NCBI GenBank assembly: GCA_002104945.1
Contig: MCFH01000015.1
Coordinates: 496,001 to 560,000, forward strand
DNA from: Piromyces finnis finn
Taxonomy: Eukaryota; Fungi; Neocallimastigomycota
DNA length: 64,000 nucleotides
Reading direction: 5' to 3'
Part shown: positions 1-12,238 of the stretch, in pieces
How the letters are laid out: each line of letters opens with the position of its first letter
Numbering within the stretch: the first letter of the stretch is position 1
Position numbers and translations under genes: made by a program
Notes under the pieces: generated by a model
Databases searched by the model: none
What the model saw: only the letters and a program-made list of their open reading frames with translations
What the model was told of the DNA's origin: nothing

Positions 1-1214
1 TTCTTGATTTGGAAAATAATGATAATAAACATTTGGATCTATTATATTATAAGTATCCTTTGAATCATTGGTATTATTTATATTATAAACTGTGTATAAT
101 AAATTTGGATTCATTACAGTAATATTATAATCATTATCTAAATTTATAGTATTAATATTGATATGTGATGTTAATGAGGAATTATCTGATGGCACTTTTG
201 TAAAAGTCTGATTATTAGAAAAGTTATTTTGTGGTTCTAGCAAATTCAAAGTATTCAAACTACCATAACCACTATTTGGATTGAAATCAGTATTGATATT
301 CTGAGAATCATAATTATTACCAATATTGTCATAGGAAATATCTGATGGCACTTTTGTAAAAGTCTGATTATTAGAAAAATTATTTTGTGAATTTAAATTA
401 TTATAAGGATCATTTAATCCCTCATTGCCAATATTTGAAAGAGTAATATTATTGAATGATTGAGGTGATTGGAAATCATTAAATCATTGTTGGTTATTTT
501 TTCAACATGACTATTTTCATCTTGATTAAAAATATTGCATTTGAAAATTTTAATAGGAAATTGACCATTTTCTAATGATTTTAAATAATAAAATATTTCA
601 TTGCTTTTCCCCTTTTTATATAATATAAAGTATTTTTTCATTTTAGTAGTACTTCCTTTAGTCCCTTTAAAGAGTCTTTTCGAACTTATCGTAGAAAAGG
701 GTTCCCCAACATATATATCTGTATCATTACTTACAATGAAATGATATATGTAGAAACCCTTTTTTTTGTTAGTATTTGGTGATATCATTATTTCTTTTTT
801 TAGCTCCATTAAATTGTATAGTTTCATAGATCTATCTAAATCATGGATAGACATTTTTGTAATTTTTGAAGAAATTTTAGCAATAGTTTCATCATTTCTT
901 GAGGTGACATTTAATCTTACTAACCACAGAAATTCAAACCCTTCACATGCTTCTTTTGTAAATTTAACCCCTTCACTATTTGATTCTATATAAGGAATCC
1001 TTTTCAAATATTCTTCATTTTTCGTCAGGGAAAGAGGTTTTTTGCATTTTTTTTTCATTTCATTTAAATTTTTGATTATATTTTTTTGAGATTTATGACC
1101 TTTAAAAAAATCTCTATCTGAATAACATGTAAGATGGGTGTCAGTGTATTCTAATGATTTATAATTTTTATAATATTCTTTTATTATATTAATTAAAGTA
1201 TATCTAATATTCAT
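1..1214 (-). pseudogene. Unknown protein (>400 codons, runs off window start), frameshifted by an 8-bp tandem duplication at 473-488; pseudogene or assembly error
   Basis: ORF 1214-414 continues in another frame open to base 1 (NDFQSPQSFNNITLSNIGNEGLNDPYNNLNSQNNFSNNQTFTKVPSD...). Removing one AAATCATT copy joins the two frames (..ITNNDFQSP..). No family recognised. Confidence 0.55.
183..389 (-). repeat. 51-bp direct repeat (183-233 and 339-389, 1 mismatch) encoding QNNFSNNQTFTKVPSD twice
   Basis: tatctgatggcacttttgtaaaagtctgattattagaaaa(g/a)ttattttgtg occurs twice, 156 bp apart (in frame). Confidence 0.9.
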
Positions 1215-1931
1215 TTTATTTATAATATTAGTTATAAATTATTAAATAAAAAAATAACTTTTAAATTCGTAAAACTTATAAATATGAAAAATAAATAAAG
1301 AAAGAAAGAAAAGTGTAATGAAATAATTCTTAATTTATATAACACATAAAAATCATAAAAATATGAAGTATAGATGGATAATCCAACAAATGTAAAATTA
1401 AATTTATATATTTATATATGTTATTTATTACTATTAATATAGAACAATATATAATACAATATTTTATTATATATTTTATTATATATCTTAATTTATTTAA
1501 TATATATTACCTATATATTAAATAAATTAGGATAATAAAGAGTTTCACTATAAATTTATTGGCTATTTAATTTTTATATTCAATCAATATAATAATATAA
1601 AAACTTACTATATTGTATAATAAATAATGTCTTTATTTATATAGTAAGTAAATTTATATGTTTTTTCTTTTGTAATTACAATTCATAAGTTTTTTTTTTT
1701 ATTTATTAAATAAAACTCTTAAATAAAATAAAAAAATAAAAAACCATAGTCATTTTTATTTACACTGTAGATAAAATAAAATAACTGATTTAATTATAGG
1801 TATGATGAAAGAGAGGATAAAAACTCCATAATCATATCATGTCCAAATCTATAATTATTTTAAAATTTTAAAAAAAATTTTAAAAATTTTAAAAAAAAAA
1901 TTTAAATTTCAAAATTTTAATTTTCGACCTG

Positions 1932-2363
1932 TTTGGGTATACTTATATATAAAATAAGTACAATGTGTAGAAATATCATTTTATTCTTTTTTTTTCTATT
2001 TTATTCTTTTTTTTTTCTATTTTATATTTTATTCGTTTTTTATCGTTGTTATGGTTGTTACTTGTAAATATAAATATAAATCATTAAGTCCATTTTTAAG
2101 ATATTTAAAATTAATTTAGAATATATTAAAAATTGATTTACAGCTTAATTTAAAATTTATTTTGATTATATATATTTAAATTATATATATTATCAATCAA
2201 TTTATAATATATTTATTTTAATACTATTTATTTCTCTAACAGTTATTTAATTTATTACTAAAACTTTAATTCTTATCAAAAAATGGTACCTTTAAAAAAT
2301 TAAAATTTATTAATTAGTTTGACCAAAAAAAAAAGTTGAAATTTATTAGTAAGTATACCCAAA
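1932..2363. mobile_element. Possible MITE-like element (14-bp terminal inverted repeat)
   Basis: tttgggtatactta (1932-1945) is the exact reverse complement of taagtatacccaaa (2350-2363). The interior is AT-rich and non-coding; no TSD seen. Confidence 0.3.
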
Positions 2364-3757
2364 AAAAAAAATCATAATAAAATAATTATACTAATATTTA
2401 TTATTATTTTTTATATTTTTTTCATTTTAATGTTAATAATTATCTTAGATTATTAAACATTTTTAATAAAAAATAAAATATAAATATTAATTATGATAAT
2501 AGAATTAAATATTAATGTATTTTTTTTTTGAATATTATTGAGTTAATACGATAATGTTTCAGGAATTCACATCCATTTATATTGTTGAAAATGAATATAA
2601 AATTATCAGTGAAGCTGAAATGAAGGATCAAAATTCAAGTATGGTATATTATCTTGATATTATTCCCGGATTTTTTCATTAGATTCTTGAAAAACTTTTT
2701 TTATTGAAATAAAAAAATTACTATATATAAACACTTTATGAATTTCTTTATATACATATTTGTTAGCTAAAAATATATAAAAAATTAATGTTAACAAGAA
2801 TTATTAATACAAAATTAAAAATAATATATAATTTATTGATTGATTTCTCTAATTTCTACTATTATTATTACAATAAAGAGTTTTTCGAGTTTTTTTTACA
2901 ATAATAATAAATCTTTAAATAATGTACATTATGATAATAAAATGTATTTGAAATGTAAAATAATAGATAATCTTGTATTAAAAAAAAAAAAGAATTATAT
3001 TATATTAGTGTATGGTTTTACATTAAAAAAACGTATATATAATGAAAAATTACAGTTATTGATCATTAAACACTAATTTTTTTTTATTTTATTTTAACAA
3101 TTAAAATTTAAACTATTTTTCATCTTTAAATTGACATGAAAAAAAAAAATTTTTTTTTTTTCTGATAAAATGTTTAAAAACCTAAAATATTAAAATTTTA
3201 ATTAAATTAATGGATGATTATATACAAAATATTGAAAGTTTAATTTTTTCTATATTTTATGTATAAAATAAATATACCCACCTTTTTTAATTATTGGAAA
3301 AAAAGAAAAGTATAAATACTAAAATAACTTTGGATAAAAAAAATGATTTTTTTTTTTTTACCAAAAAACAACTGGAATAAGCTAATCCAGTAGATGATAT
3401 CCCATGAAAAGATTAAACCAAAACAATAACAATATAGGATCATTTTATCATAATTTATTTTTATTTCTTTTATTTTTGTTTCTATTTTTTTTTTTTTTTT
3501 TTTTTTTTTTTGTACTAAAAATGGTTTTATTGATGATGAATATACATAATTATATAAAAACACATTTTTTATAAAGAAAAAAGTATAATTCTTTTTTTTT
3601 TTTTTTCAAAAAAAAAAAAAAATTGACATTGATATAAACGATGATGATGATGATGATAATAGAATTATATAATTTAAAAAAAATTTTTTTAAATAAATAT
3701 TAAAAGATAAAAAAAAAAATTATTATTTAATGGTGGTAAATGAATAATGAATTGAAA

Positions 3758-6700
3758 TCAAGGAGATGATAATGGAGGTGAAGAACATGAAGAAGAAGAT
3801 AAAGAATAAGAGGAATAGCTTGTAGAAGAATAGGTTGAAGAAGACGACGATTCCGGTAGAGAGGTAGTTTTCAATTTTTTTGATGGTTGAACAACTTCTG
3901 TTTCTAATGGTAAACTATAAAATCTATCAGAGTCACCTTCTTTTTCTTCTATCTCATTTTCTACATCAATACTATTCTCGGGTGATAAATACATGGTCAT
4001 TTTTAATTTGTTATTAATCTTAGTTTTTGGTGGAGTTGCGACTAATTCTTGTGAAATTTCAGAAGATGGTGTGTATATACCTTTTATTTTATAATCCTTT
4101 ACTTTTGATTTTTGTGATTCCTCTTCTTCAAGAAGAGTAAGTAGGGTTTTGCTATCCTCTAAACAACCGTCTTGACCAACAGGTAAACAATCTTTAAATT
4201 CATTGAATTGAGAATCCTCAGAGGTAGGGTTTTCTATTGATTTTACATCATTTTTTTCTTTACTGAAAGTGGCAGTGGTATCATTATCACTAATGCTTGT
4301 GAGAGAATACGTTAAATTATTATTGATAATCATATTTTTGGTTTCAAGTAAGGTTTGTATACTATTTCTTTTAATTTCATTAATTAAGGAATCCTTAAGG
4401 GCAGATGAACTAGCTATTGCGGTGGATATAGCAGCCTGGGTATTATTAATAGTAGTACTAATGGAATTACTAATATAATTCATGGTAGCTTCAATATCAA
4501 AATTTGATTCTGATTTTTGGTTATTCATACCACCATTTAGTGAATGATGATAGTAATTGGTGGAAGCTAACATTTTATTAGGAAGGGATACTCTTCGACT
4601 AATGGTATCTAACGATTCTTCAGAGGAAACTGAAATCAAGGAATCAGAAATGCTATTATTTTCACTTCTGAAAGAGGTCTCTAAACTATCCTGAGAATCC
4701 TTAAATTGATCATCATTTTCAAATTCATCATCCTCATTCTCAAGTTCATGATAACTAATGATCATGGATGAATTGTCTTGATCTGAGGCTGATTCATAAT
4801 TTTCTTGTTCATTATCTTTTACATTTCCCTTTTCCGTACCATAAACTACGGTAGAAGGAGCATTAGCAACCAATGAAGATGAAACGCTGCTTCTTTTCTC
4901 TGCTTCTAACACCGCCGTTGTTGTGGAGATACTAATATGTTTATCATGGGAAGAAAGACCAGTCGTTGACTCAATATTATTCTCTATTTCAGAGGAATTT
5001 AGAAAACTGCTTTTGGATAGGGATGGTAAACTTTTTCGTAGAATGGATTTTTTCTTTTTCAATTGGGTAAAGTTAATTTCGGTATTACTATCAGAATAGT
5101 TCGCCTTTTCGTGTGATGAGGGGATTTCTAATTTTTCTTCTGTCGTAACATAACTAGTTGAGTCACCATCACTAATTTTTTCTTTGGTATAGGTGGTGTT
5201 ACTGGTAAGTGTAGAATTATCGTTTTCTAAGGGATTAAAGGTATCCTTTGTGGTATCCTTATGGAGGGATCCATTATCACTTGGGATATATTCTTCTATT
5301 TCCTTTTTGATATCCGAATATAAATCTACCTCTTGAGTAAGACGTTCCTTTTCTTTTTCAAAAGTTTGAAGAAGTTTGTTTTTGAATCCAAGGTAACTTG
5401 CTAATTTCAAACAAATTTCATCACAATTACCTAAAGCAATGACATCCCGATTTATTATAACCTCTACATCGTCTGGATCATTAAATATGTCAAAATGATC
5501 AAGATTATAGGATAAACTACTACGACGTTGAGGCTTGTCACTTTCAAAAGCACTAACCATTGTTTTATTGATTAAAAGACGTGGAACATTATGTGCTACT
5601 TCGTTAACTAAACGGGATAATGGTTCTACTTTCAAGGAAGTACCGATAACCATTAATAAATCACATTTTGAAAAATCTTCTTTGGCACATTCACTCACCC
5701 TATCTGGAACAGGTTCACCAAAGAATGAAATTGCTGGTTTAACTAAACCATTACATCTTTCACATCTTGGTATGACAAATTTTTTGTTGATTGGGAAAAG
5801 ACGAGAGTATAACCATTTATAATCATAAGTTTTACGGCAACTTGGTTTATCCTTGGTCCCTACACAATAGGCATAATTAAAAGAACCATGGGTTTCTACA
5901 ATTTTATTATCCTCTATTCCACATATTCTTTCTAAACCATCAATATTTTGGGTATAGTTACGAAGTAATAAATTTCTATTTTGTAATTCCTTAATGAAAT
6001 AATGAGTGATTGTTGGTTTATAATAACCAGGATAGAATTGTCTAGCCATATGATAGAATGGTTCTGGGTTAACTTTGAAATATTCCAATGTAAAAATGGC
6101 TTCTGGATAAGGTAGATTATACTTTTTTAAATTTGAATAAAGACCCGTTTTAGGGGATCGGAAATCAGGAATGCCTGCATTAGTAGAGATACCAGCACCT
6201 GTCAAAATAATAATATTTCTTGCTTTATTACTTTTAATATAGTCCGCAATACCTTTCAAGGTAGTCTCCTTCAATATTTCTTTATTATAATCTTCAATAC
6301 CAAAAACATCATCCACACGAAGATCAAAAAGAGATGATAGTGCACCTACACTGCATTTAAATACAGAAGACATTGAATATTTAATAGGTCTAGAAAGATA
6401 TTTATTTCTAAAATTACTAATTTTTTTAGCACCATTAATGACATTATTCTTTTTTTGCTTTAATATTGATTTAGAGGAAGAAGGCTTGGATTCGTTTGAG
6501 ACAGTTTCTTCTGTTTCATTTGTTTCAACACTATCTGTAAAACTACTAACACTAGATCCCTTTAGAGATTCTGAACACTCATGATTACTATCCATTTTTT
6601 TTGTTATAGCTTTTGAATAACATTCATTGTTGGATTCTTCTTCCTCTCTTGAAGAAATTGCTGTTAAGGTGTTATCATTTGAGATTGAAAATGAATTTTC

Positions 6701-7357
6701 ACCAAAGTCAACATTCTCTAGTTCTTTAGTAACCATGAGATTCATTGGTTTTTGGGGGGTTTGTGAGTGATTTTCTATTTCATTTTTATGATGCGCATTA
6801 AATATGGATTGATCCTCATTGATAATTTGAAGATCTTTATTATAAAGATCTGATGATGATTCGTTTTTTAGATTATCCTTACCAGACTCTCCACTTTTAT
6901 CACTATTTGCAGTATTAGATGTTTTATGACTATTATTATTGGAAGCTTTTTTCGATGATTTTCCTTTTTTTGACTTTTTCGTTTTTACCGATGATATATT
7001 TTCTTTTTCATCTGGAAGAAATAGGGAAGCTTTTGCATCATATGAATTTTGTTTACGTATAGATGATATTAGATTTGCGATTTCTTTTTTAGATTCACAA
7101 TCAAGATTTGTTGTGAGATTATTATGATTATTAGTATAACATATACTATTACGTATTTTATTTTTTTTTGAAGGTGTATGTTGATATTCAGATATGGTAT
7201 TAATAGTATTGTATCTTTTTAAATATTTAATAGAAGTAGACTGCTTTTCATTTTTATTTTTTCGTAGTTTTGGGTTTATCTTTTCCTCTATTGGATTTGT
7301 TTTTTGAGTATTATTCAATGTATCCAACGATGAATAATAATTTTTATTTGTTTCCAT
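3758..7357 (-). CDS. HST2: NAD+-dependent deacetylase, sirtuin class I (Hst2/SIRT2-like), 1199 aa with long low-complexity N- and C-terminal extensions, intronless
   Basis: Motifs GAGISTNAGIPDFRSPKTGLY, LPYPEAIF, YTQNIDGLER, HGSF, Zn-ribbon C..C/CERC, KPAISFFGE, GTSLKVEP, LLIN and GNCD. Confidence 0.93.
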   Translation of the reverse strand: METNKNYYSSLDTLNNTQKTNPIEEKINPKLRKNKNEKQSTSIKYLKRYNTINTISEYQHTPSKKNKIRNSICYTNNHNNLTTNLDCESKKEIANLISSIRKQNSYDAKASLFLPDEKENISSVKTKKSKKGKSSKKASNNNSHKTSNTANSDKSGESGKDNLKNESSSDLYNKDLQIINEDQSIFNAHHKNEIENHSQTPQKPMNLMVTKELENVDFGENSFSISNDNTLTAISSREEEESNNECYSKAITKKMDSNHECSESLKGSSVSSFTDSVETNETEETVSNESKPSSSKSILKQKKNNVINGAKKISNFRNKYLSRPIKYSMSSVFKCSVGALSSLFDLRVDDVFGIEDYNKEILKETTLKGIADYIKSNKARNIIILTGAGISTNAGIPDFRSPKTGLYSNLKKYNLPYPEAIFTLEYFKVNPEPFYHMARQFYPGYYKPTITHYFIKELQNRNLLLRNYTQNIDGLERICGIEDNKIVETHGSFNYAYCVGTKDKPSCRKTYDYKWLYSRLFPINKKFVIPRCERCNGLVKPAISFFGEPVPDRVSECAKEDFSKCDLLMVIGTSLKVEPLSRLVNEVAHNVPRLLINKTMVSAFESDKPQRRSSLSYNLDHFDIFNDPDDVEVIINRDVIALGNCDEICLKLASYLGFKNKLLQTFEKEKERLTQEVDLYSDIKKEIEEYIPSDNGSLHKDTTKDTFNPLENDNSTLTSNTTYTKEKISDGDSTSYVTTEEKLEIPSSHEKANYSDSNTEINFTQLKKKKSILRKSLPSLSKSSFLNSSEIENNIESTTGLSSHDKHISISTTTAVLEAEKRSSVSSSLVANAPSTVVYGTEKGNVKDNEQENYESASDQDNSSMIISYHELENEDDEFENDDQFKDSQDSLETSFRSENNSISDSLISVSSEESLDTISRRVSLPNKMLASTNYYHHSLNGGMNNQKSESNFDIEATMNYISNSISTTINNTQAAISTAIASSSALKDSLINEIKRNSIQTLLETKNMIINNNLTYSLTSISDNDTTATFSKEKNDVKSIENPTSEDSQFNEFKDCLPVGQDGCLEDSKTLLTLLEEEESQKSKVKDYKIKGIYTPSSEISQELVATPPKTKINNKLKMTMYLSPENSIDVENEIEEKEGDSDRFYSLPLETEVVQPSKKLKTTSLPESSSSSTYSSTSYSSYSLSSSSCSSPPLSSP

Positions 7358-10300
7358 TTTTGTTTTATTATTATGCTTAAGAATTAATATTTATATAGGT
7401 ATTAAATAATAAAAGTAAAATAAAAAATATATATATATATTAAAAATAATAATAATAATAAGGAAAGAAAATAGAATGATACAATGTGAAATAAAATATT
7501 TATATTAAACTTTATAAATTTATAATTATTAATATTGTCATTTATATGAATAAAGTAATTTGTGAGGATAATTTAACCATTTTTTTTTTTTTTTGTATTT
7601 TAAAAAGTTTTATTTTTTTTATACATAATAGAATAATAAAAAAGAAAATATATATTTATCAATAAATGTATTTTTAATTGCTTTATAATTTTATGTTACA
7701 AATCAAAATAGAAAAATGTTTTTATACCTTTAAATTTTTTTTAAAAGTGTTGTTTAAATACTTTTTTTTTTTTTTTTTTTTGGAAAAACAAAATAACAAT
7801 ACTTTTTCTTGTATTATAATGGCTATTGGTATATTGTATTAAATTTGTCTTTTCTTTATTATTATTATTACTACTGCTATTACTGTTAATTATTATTAAA
7901 TTTTTTTGGTTATAAAAAGAAAATAAATATGATAATAGATATTTCTTTTTAAATTTTAGTAATTGAAAGGGATTTTAAATTTTTATTTGGATACTAATTG
8001 TAATATTAGGTATTATTAAATTTTTAATAGATATGTATTTTTATTTATAGTTTACTATCTTAGAATGATGAGTAATATAACTTTTTTTTTTTTAGTCAAT
8101 TATTCCATTACTCTTCCTGTCATTTTCTTTTTTTTTTTTTTTTATACATTATTATCAATCATAAATTTTGATATTTCAAATAATAATTTTTGTGTCAATT
8201 ATTCATATCAAAGGTTATTAATAAAAATTTTTAATAAATAAAAAAAAAGGTTAGTAAAAAATGGGGAAGAAAAAAAAATTTTTTATTCTAAAAAATAAAA
8301 ATATTGTTAATATAAATAAAGTTTAAGAAATATAAACTTTAATACAAATAAAAAACTATTATTAATATGACTATTAAAGGAAATATATATAGTCTCAAAA
8401 AAAAATAAAAAAAGAAAAACGTGTTTTTATTACTTTAAAAGTTACCTTTTTTTTTCTCAAAAATATATCCAAAAAAAAAAAGATTTTATAAATATTTCTG
8501 GATATTGATAATTGTTCTTTTTTAATTAGATTCTTGGATATTGATAGAATACAGATAAAAAAACTATTAAATAAAAATTCTATTTTTTTTATATTTTTTA
8601 TTTTTATTTTGCTTTGCTTTGGTTTTTTTTTTTCGATTTTTATTATTGAATTTGAATATTTATTATGTTGTAAAGTAAATTGGGTTTTTAATTATTATTT
8701 ATTTTTTAATTTGTTTTATTTTTTTAAAATATAGGTTAATTGAGTTGCTCTCTATAATATTATCTTTTAGGTATTTTTTATATTTATGAAAATAAAAAAA
8801 AAATAATGATATTTTATAGTGTACTTTATAGTGACATTAAAAATATTACATTATTTTTTTATTTTTATTATTGGTTCTTAGCTTTGTAATTTATATTGTA
8901 ATTAATAACATTATTAAATTTAGGTGTTTCTATATAATAATTAATAAAAAGAAGGCAATATAGTAGAAAGAAAAGGAAATTGAAAAGAAAAAAAATAATG
9001 TTAATGTAAGGTATGTTTTAAAAAAAAGGGGTGGAATTAAGATATTATATAATGATAATAAAGAATAAATATATTTAATATGAAATTTCAATTTACAATT
9101 AATATAAGCTTTTCATTCAAATTTTATGTTTTATTGTTTATTATAATTATTTCTTTTTAAGATTAGGATAATGTCTACAAATGAAATATTATTCTTTTAA
9201 CAAAAAAAAGAAAGTAAAAAGAGCATTTATTTGATTTAAAAACAAATCTTAATAACTTTTTGTTATTATCATTTTATATATTTTTTATATATATTTTGTT
9301 TATTCATATATATAAAGTTTCAACATTCCTTTTTATTATTATTATTATTATTATTTCTTTTTTTTTTTTTTTTTTTAGAAAATTAAAAAAGAAAAAAGCT
9401 TTTTACTTTTACTTTTTACTTTTTGAAATTTTTAAAAATTTTTAAAAAAAATTAATAATTTATTAAAATTATCAAATAATTTTTTTTTCAATTGATTTTT
9501 TTTATTTTTTCTTTTGAATTTGATTTTTATTTTTTAATATATTTGCTAATATATTTTAGTAATTGAATTATATATTATTATATTATATCAAATCTTCCAT
9601 TTTTAATTTCTTTCAAAAAAAAAACTGACATTCTATTATTTATTATTTGAATCTTTTAAAATAATAGAAATTCACTTTTACCACTAATATTATTATATAA
9701 TTTTTTATCACTGAAAATAATAAAAAAAAAAAAATATTCTCTTTTGCTTTTTATTATATAAAAGATGAAAAGAAAAAAAAAAAGGTACACTTTAAAATTT
9801 AATTATTATAATTTAATATATTAATGAATATTAATTCAATTATAATATAATTAATATATTATTTAGAATATTGATTCAATCAATATATATTATGAATTAA
9901 CTATTGATGTACAAATCTTGTCTAACCATTCTTTTTTTAAAAGAATTTCATGTGACATTTCCTTATTAGGTCTTGGTAGTTTCGTAATAATTTTAATATA
10001 AATCATGTGATATGATCTGGGATAAACTTTATGTTGAATTTTATTTTGACAGACTGAGTTTCATTTTAAGATTTTCTTACTCTAAAAGTATAATTTCATA
10101 GTCAGTTTTAAATTTCTAATAGAAAGTTTTCTTTTTTACCTGTATAATACCTCTATTTTTTTTACTTTCCTACCATTGATTATTAAATAAACTTTGATTT
10201 TATATATCATTATTTATAAAAAGAAAAAAGTCAATAAATTTCTTTTAGAATCATATATAATACTCATCTAGAATTATAATTAAAATACTTTATAATTTTA

Positions 10301-12238
10301 ATAAAAATATTAAAATGATGTTCATTATAATAAAGGATACAATTATAAGCATTTAAACAAGAAAAAAGAAAGATACCTTAAATAGTTAGGAATATACTCT
10401 AAAAATAATAATCGACATTTCAACCAAAAACAAATGAGAACCTTGCTTGGTTTTGTGTAAATCAATAAATAAAAAAATAAAAAATCCAAAGATGTTAAAA
10501 AATAAAATGTTTTCTATTTAATCACAATATACACAAATATATATAGTTAATATAATTAATATTTTAAAAACATCAAAATAAATGATTTTAATCTAAAAGT
10601 GGATGAGATTTTAGTTAAAAAAAAACTAATAAAAAAGTAGACCTTTTAAATAAATTTCAAAAGGATGCTTTTTTAATATATAAAAAGTATAGGCATGATT
10701 CATTTTATATGTAATCTTCTTTATTCTCATCAGCACTTTTTTAGGTTGTAAAAATTTTACATATCAATGATAGTATGATAAATGGATTATTATTAAAATT
10801 TAATAATAATATGTTTGAACTTTAAAGGTTTATTTTAGCCAGAATATTTAGGCATTCTATTATTTTAGATTAATATGGATAACCACAAAAAATATTTTGT
10901 TAAATAAAGGTTTTCAGATTTTTGGGGAAACTTTATTTAATAATAAACAAACGAACAATAATTAATTTTATTTAATTTATATAAATTAAAAATTTAATAA
11001 TCATATATTAAATTTGATTATAATATATTATAATAAATTAACTATTGATTTAAAAGAAATTAAGTCTTCCAAAAAAATAAACCATAACTTGACCTTACAA
11101 TTTTATTATTAATTTCTCCACTTCTAACTATGTATATTAACATCCAATAATATAATGAATTAATATATATGCTAATATAATTCATTATAATATAATTTAT
11201 ACAAGAAAGACAGTCTAAAGAATGATGTTATTCATGTTGTGAGTTATGTCTGAATGGGAAAGTATTAACTATCTACTTTTGTAAAAATAATGCATTTTAT
11301 TATGTTTGTTTTTTTCTTTTCTGGTTTTATTTAATAGCTTTTATAAAATAGTTTATAATTATAAAGCATTCTTTTTGTAGCATTATAATAGGTATTACTT
11401 TAAATTATTTAATTATAAAAAAAGTTTTTTATTAAAAAAATTTTTTTTTTTTTTATATTGTCATATGCTATAAAATAATTTTTTTTAACCTTTGCTTATC
11501 ATTTTCCCTTACCTCCAGAATAAGTATAATAAATAATAAATATGATAATAAGTATAAAAAAAAAAAAAAAAAATAGAGGAACTAATTTTAAAGGATCATT
11601 TTTTGAAAAGTCTTAAGATTGTAATATATTTAAAACTTGTTCTTTTTTTTTATTATTATGATTTTATCATGAATTTTTATTTATTTCTTTATTTCAAAAG
11701 AATAGAAAAAAAATTTTTTTTCTTTTTTTTTTATTTCATCATAATGATATTCCAAAAGTATTATATATATTTTACTTTTATGAAAAGTTTTAAAAGAAAA
11801 AAGACTAGAATATTATTTAGTATAATGATGAGTTGAAATACAAAATTGTCTTTTTTTTTATTATTATTATTAATATTTTATTAATTTTTCTTTTTTTTAC
11901 TAATAGTATTTTTTTTTTTTTTTTAAAATGAAACAAGTAAAAATCTTTATAAAATTCTCCAAAATTAATAATAATAATAAAAAAAAAAAAAAAAAAAAGA
12001 AAATAATAATGTGCATATATATAGATGATGGTTAAAATATTCTTATTATTTTATTTGTTAATATGTTAATATATATATGAAAAGATAGTGATGTTATTAA
12101 TGTTATTATTATGGATTTATTAATGTTGTTTTGTTTTTCTATAACTTCTTCCTCTTTTTCTTCTTCCTTTCTCTGACAACGTCCTTAATGAGTGAAATGA
12201 AATTTCATGAAAAGAAATGTAAAAAAGACTACCCCAAC

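Noticed and set aside
9890-10060. 56-codon open frame on the minus strand (..KLPRPNKEMSHEILLKKEWLDKIC..)
   Set aside because: No recognisable homology or splice context; could be chance or an unidentifiable relic.
10400-10460. NQKQMRTLLGFV resembling a Ty3/gypsy RT-RNaseH junction
   Set aside because: About 12 residues bounded by stops; no other LTR-element motifs could be recovered.
3291-11836. Short F/I/K/Y-rich ORFs in the track (e.g. 3291, 8534, 9260, 11603)
   Set aside because: Expected from AT-rich intergenic composition; no motifs or splice support.
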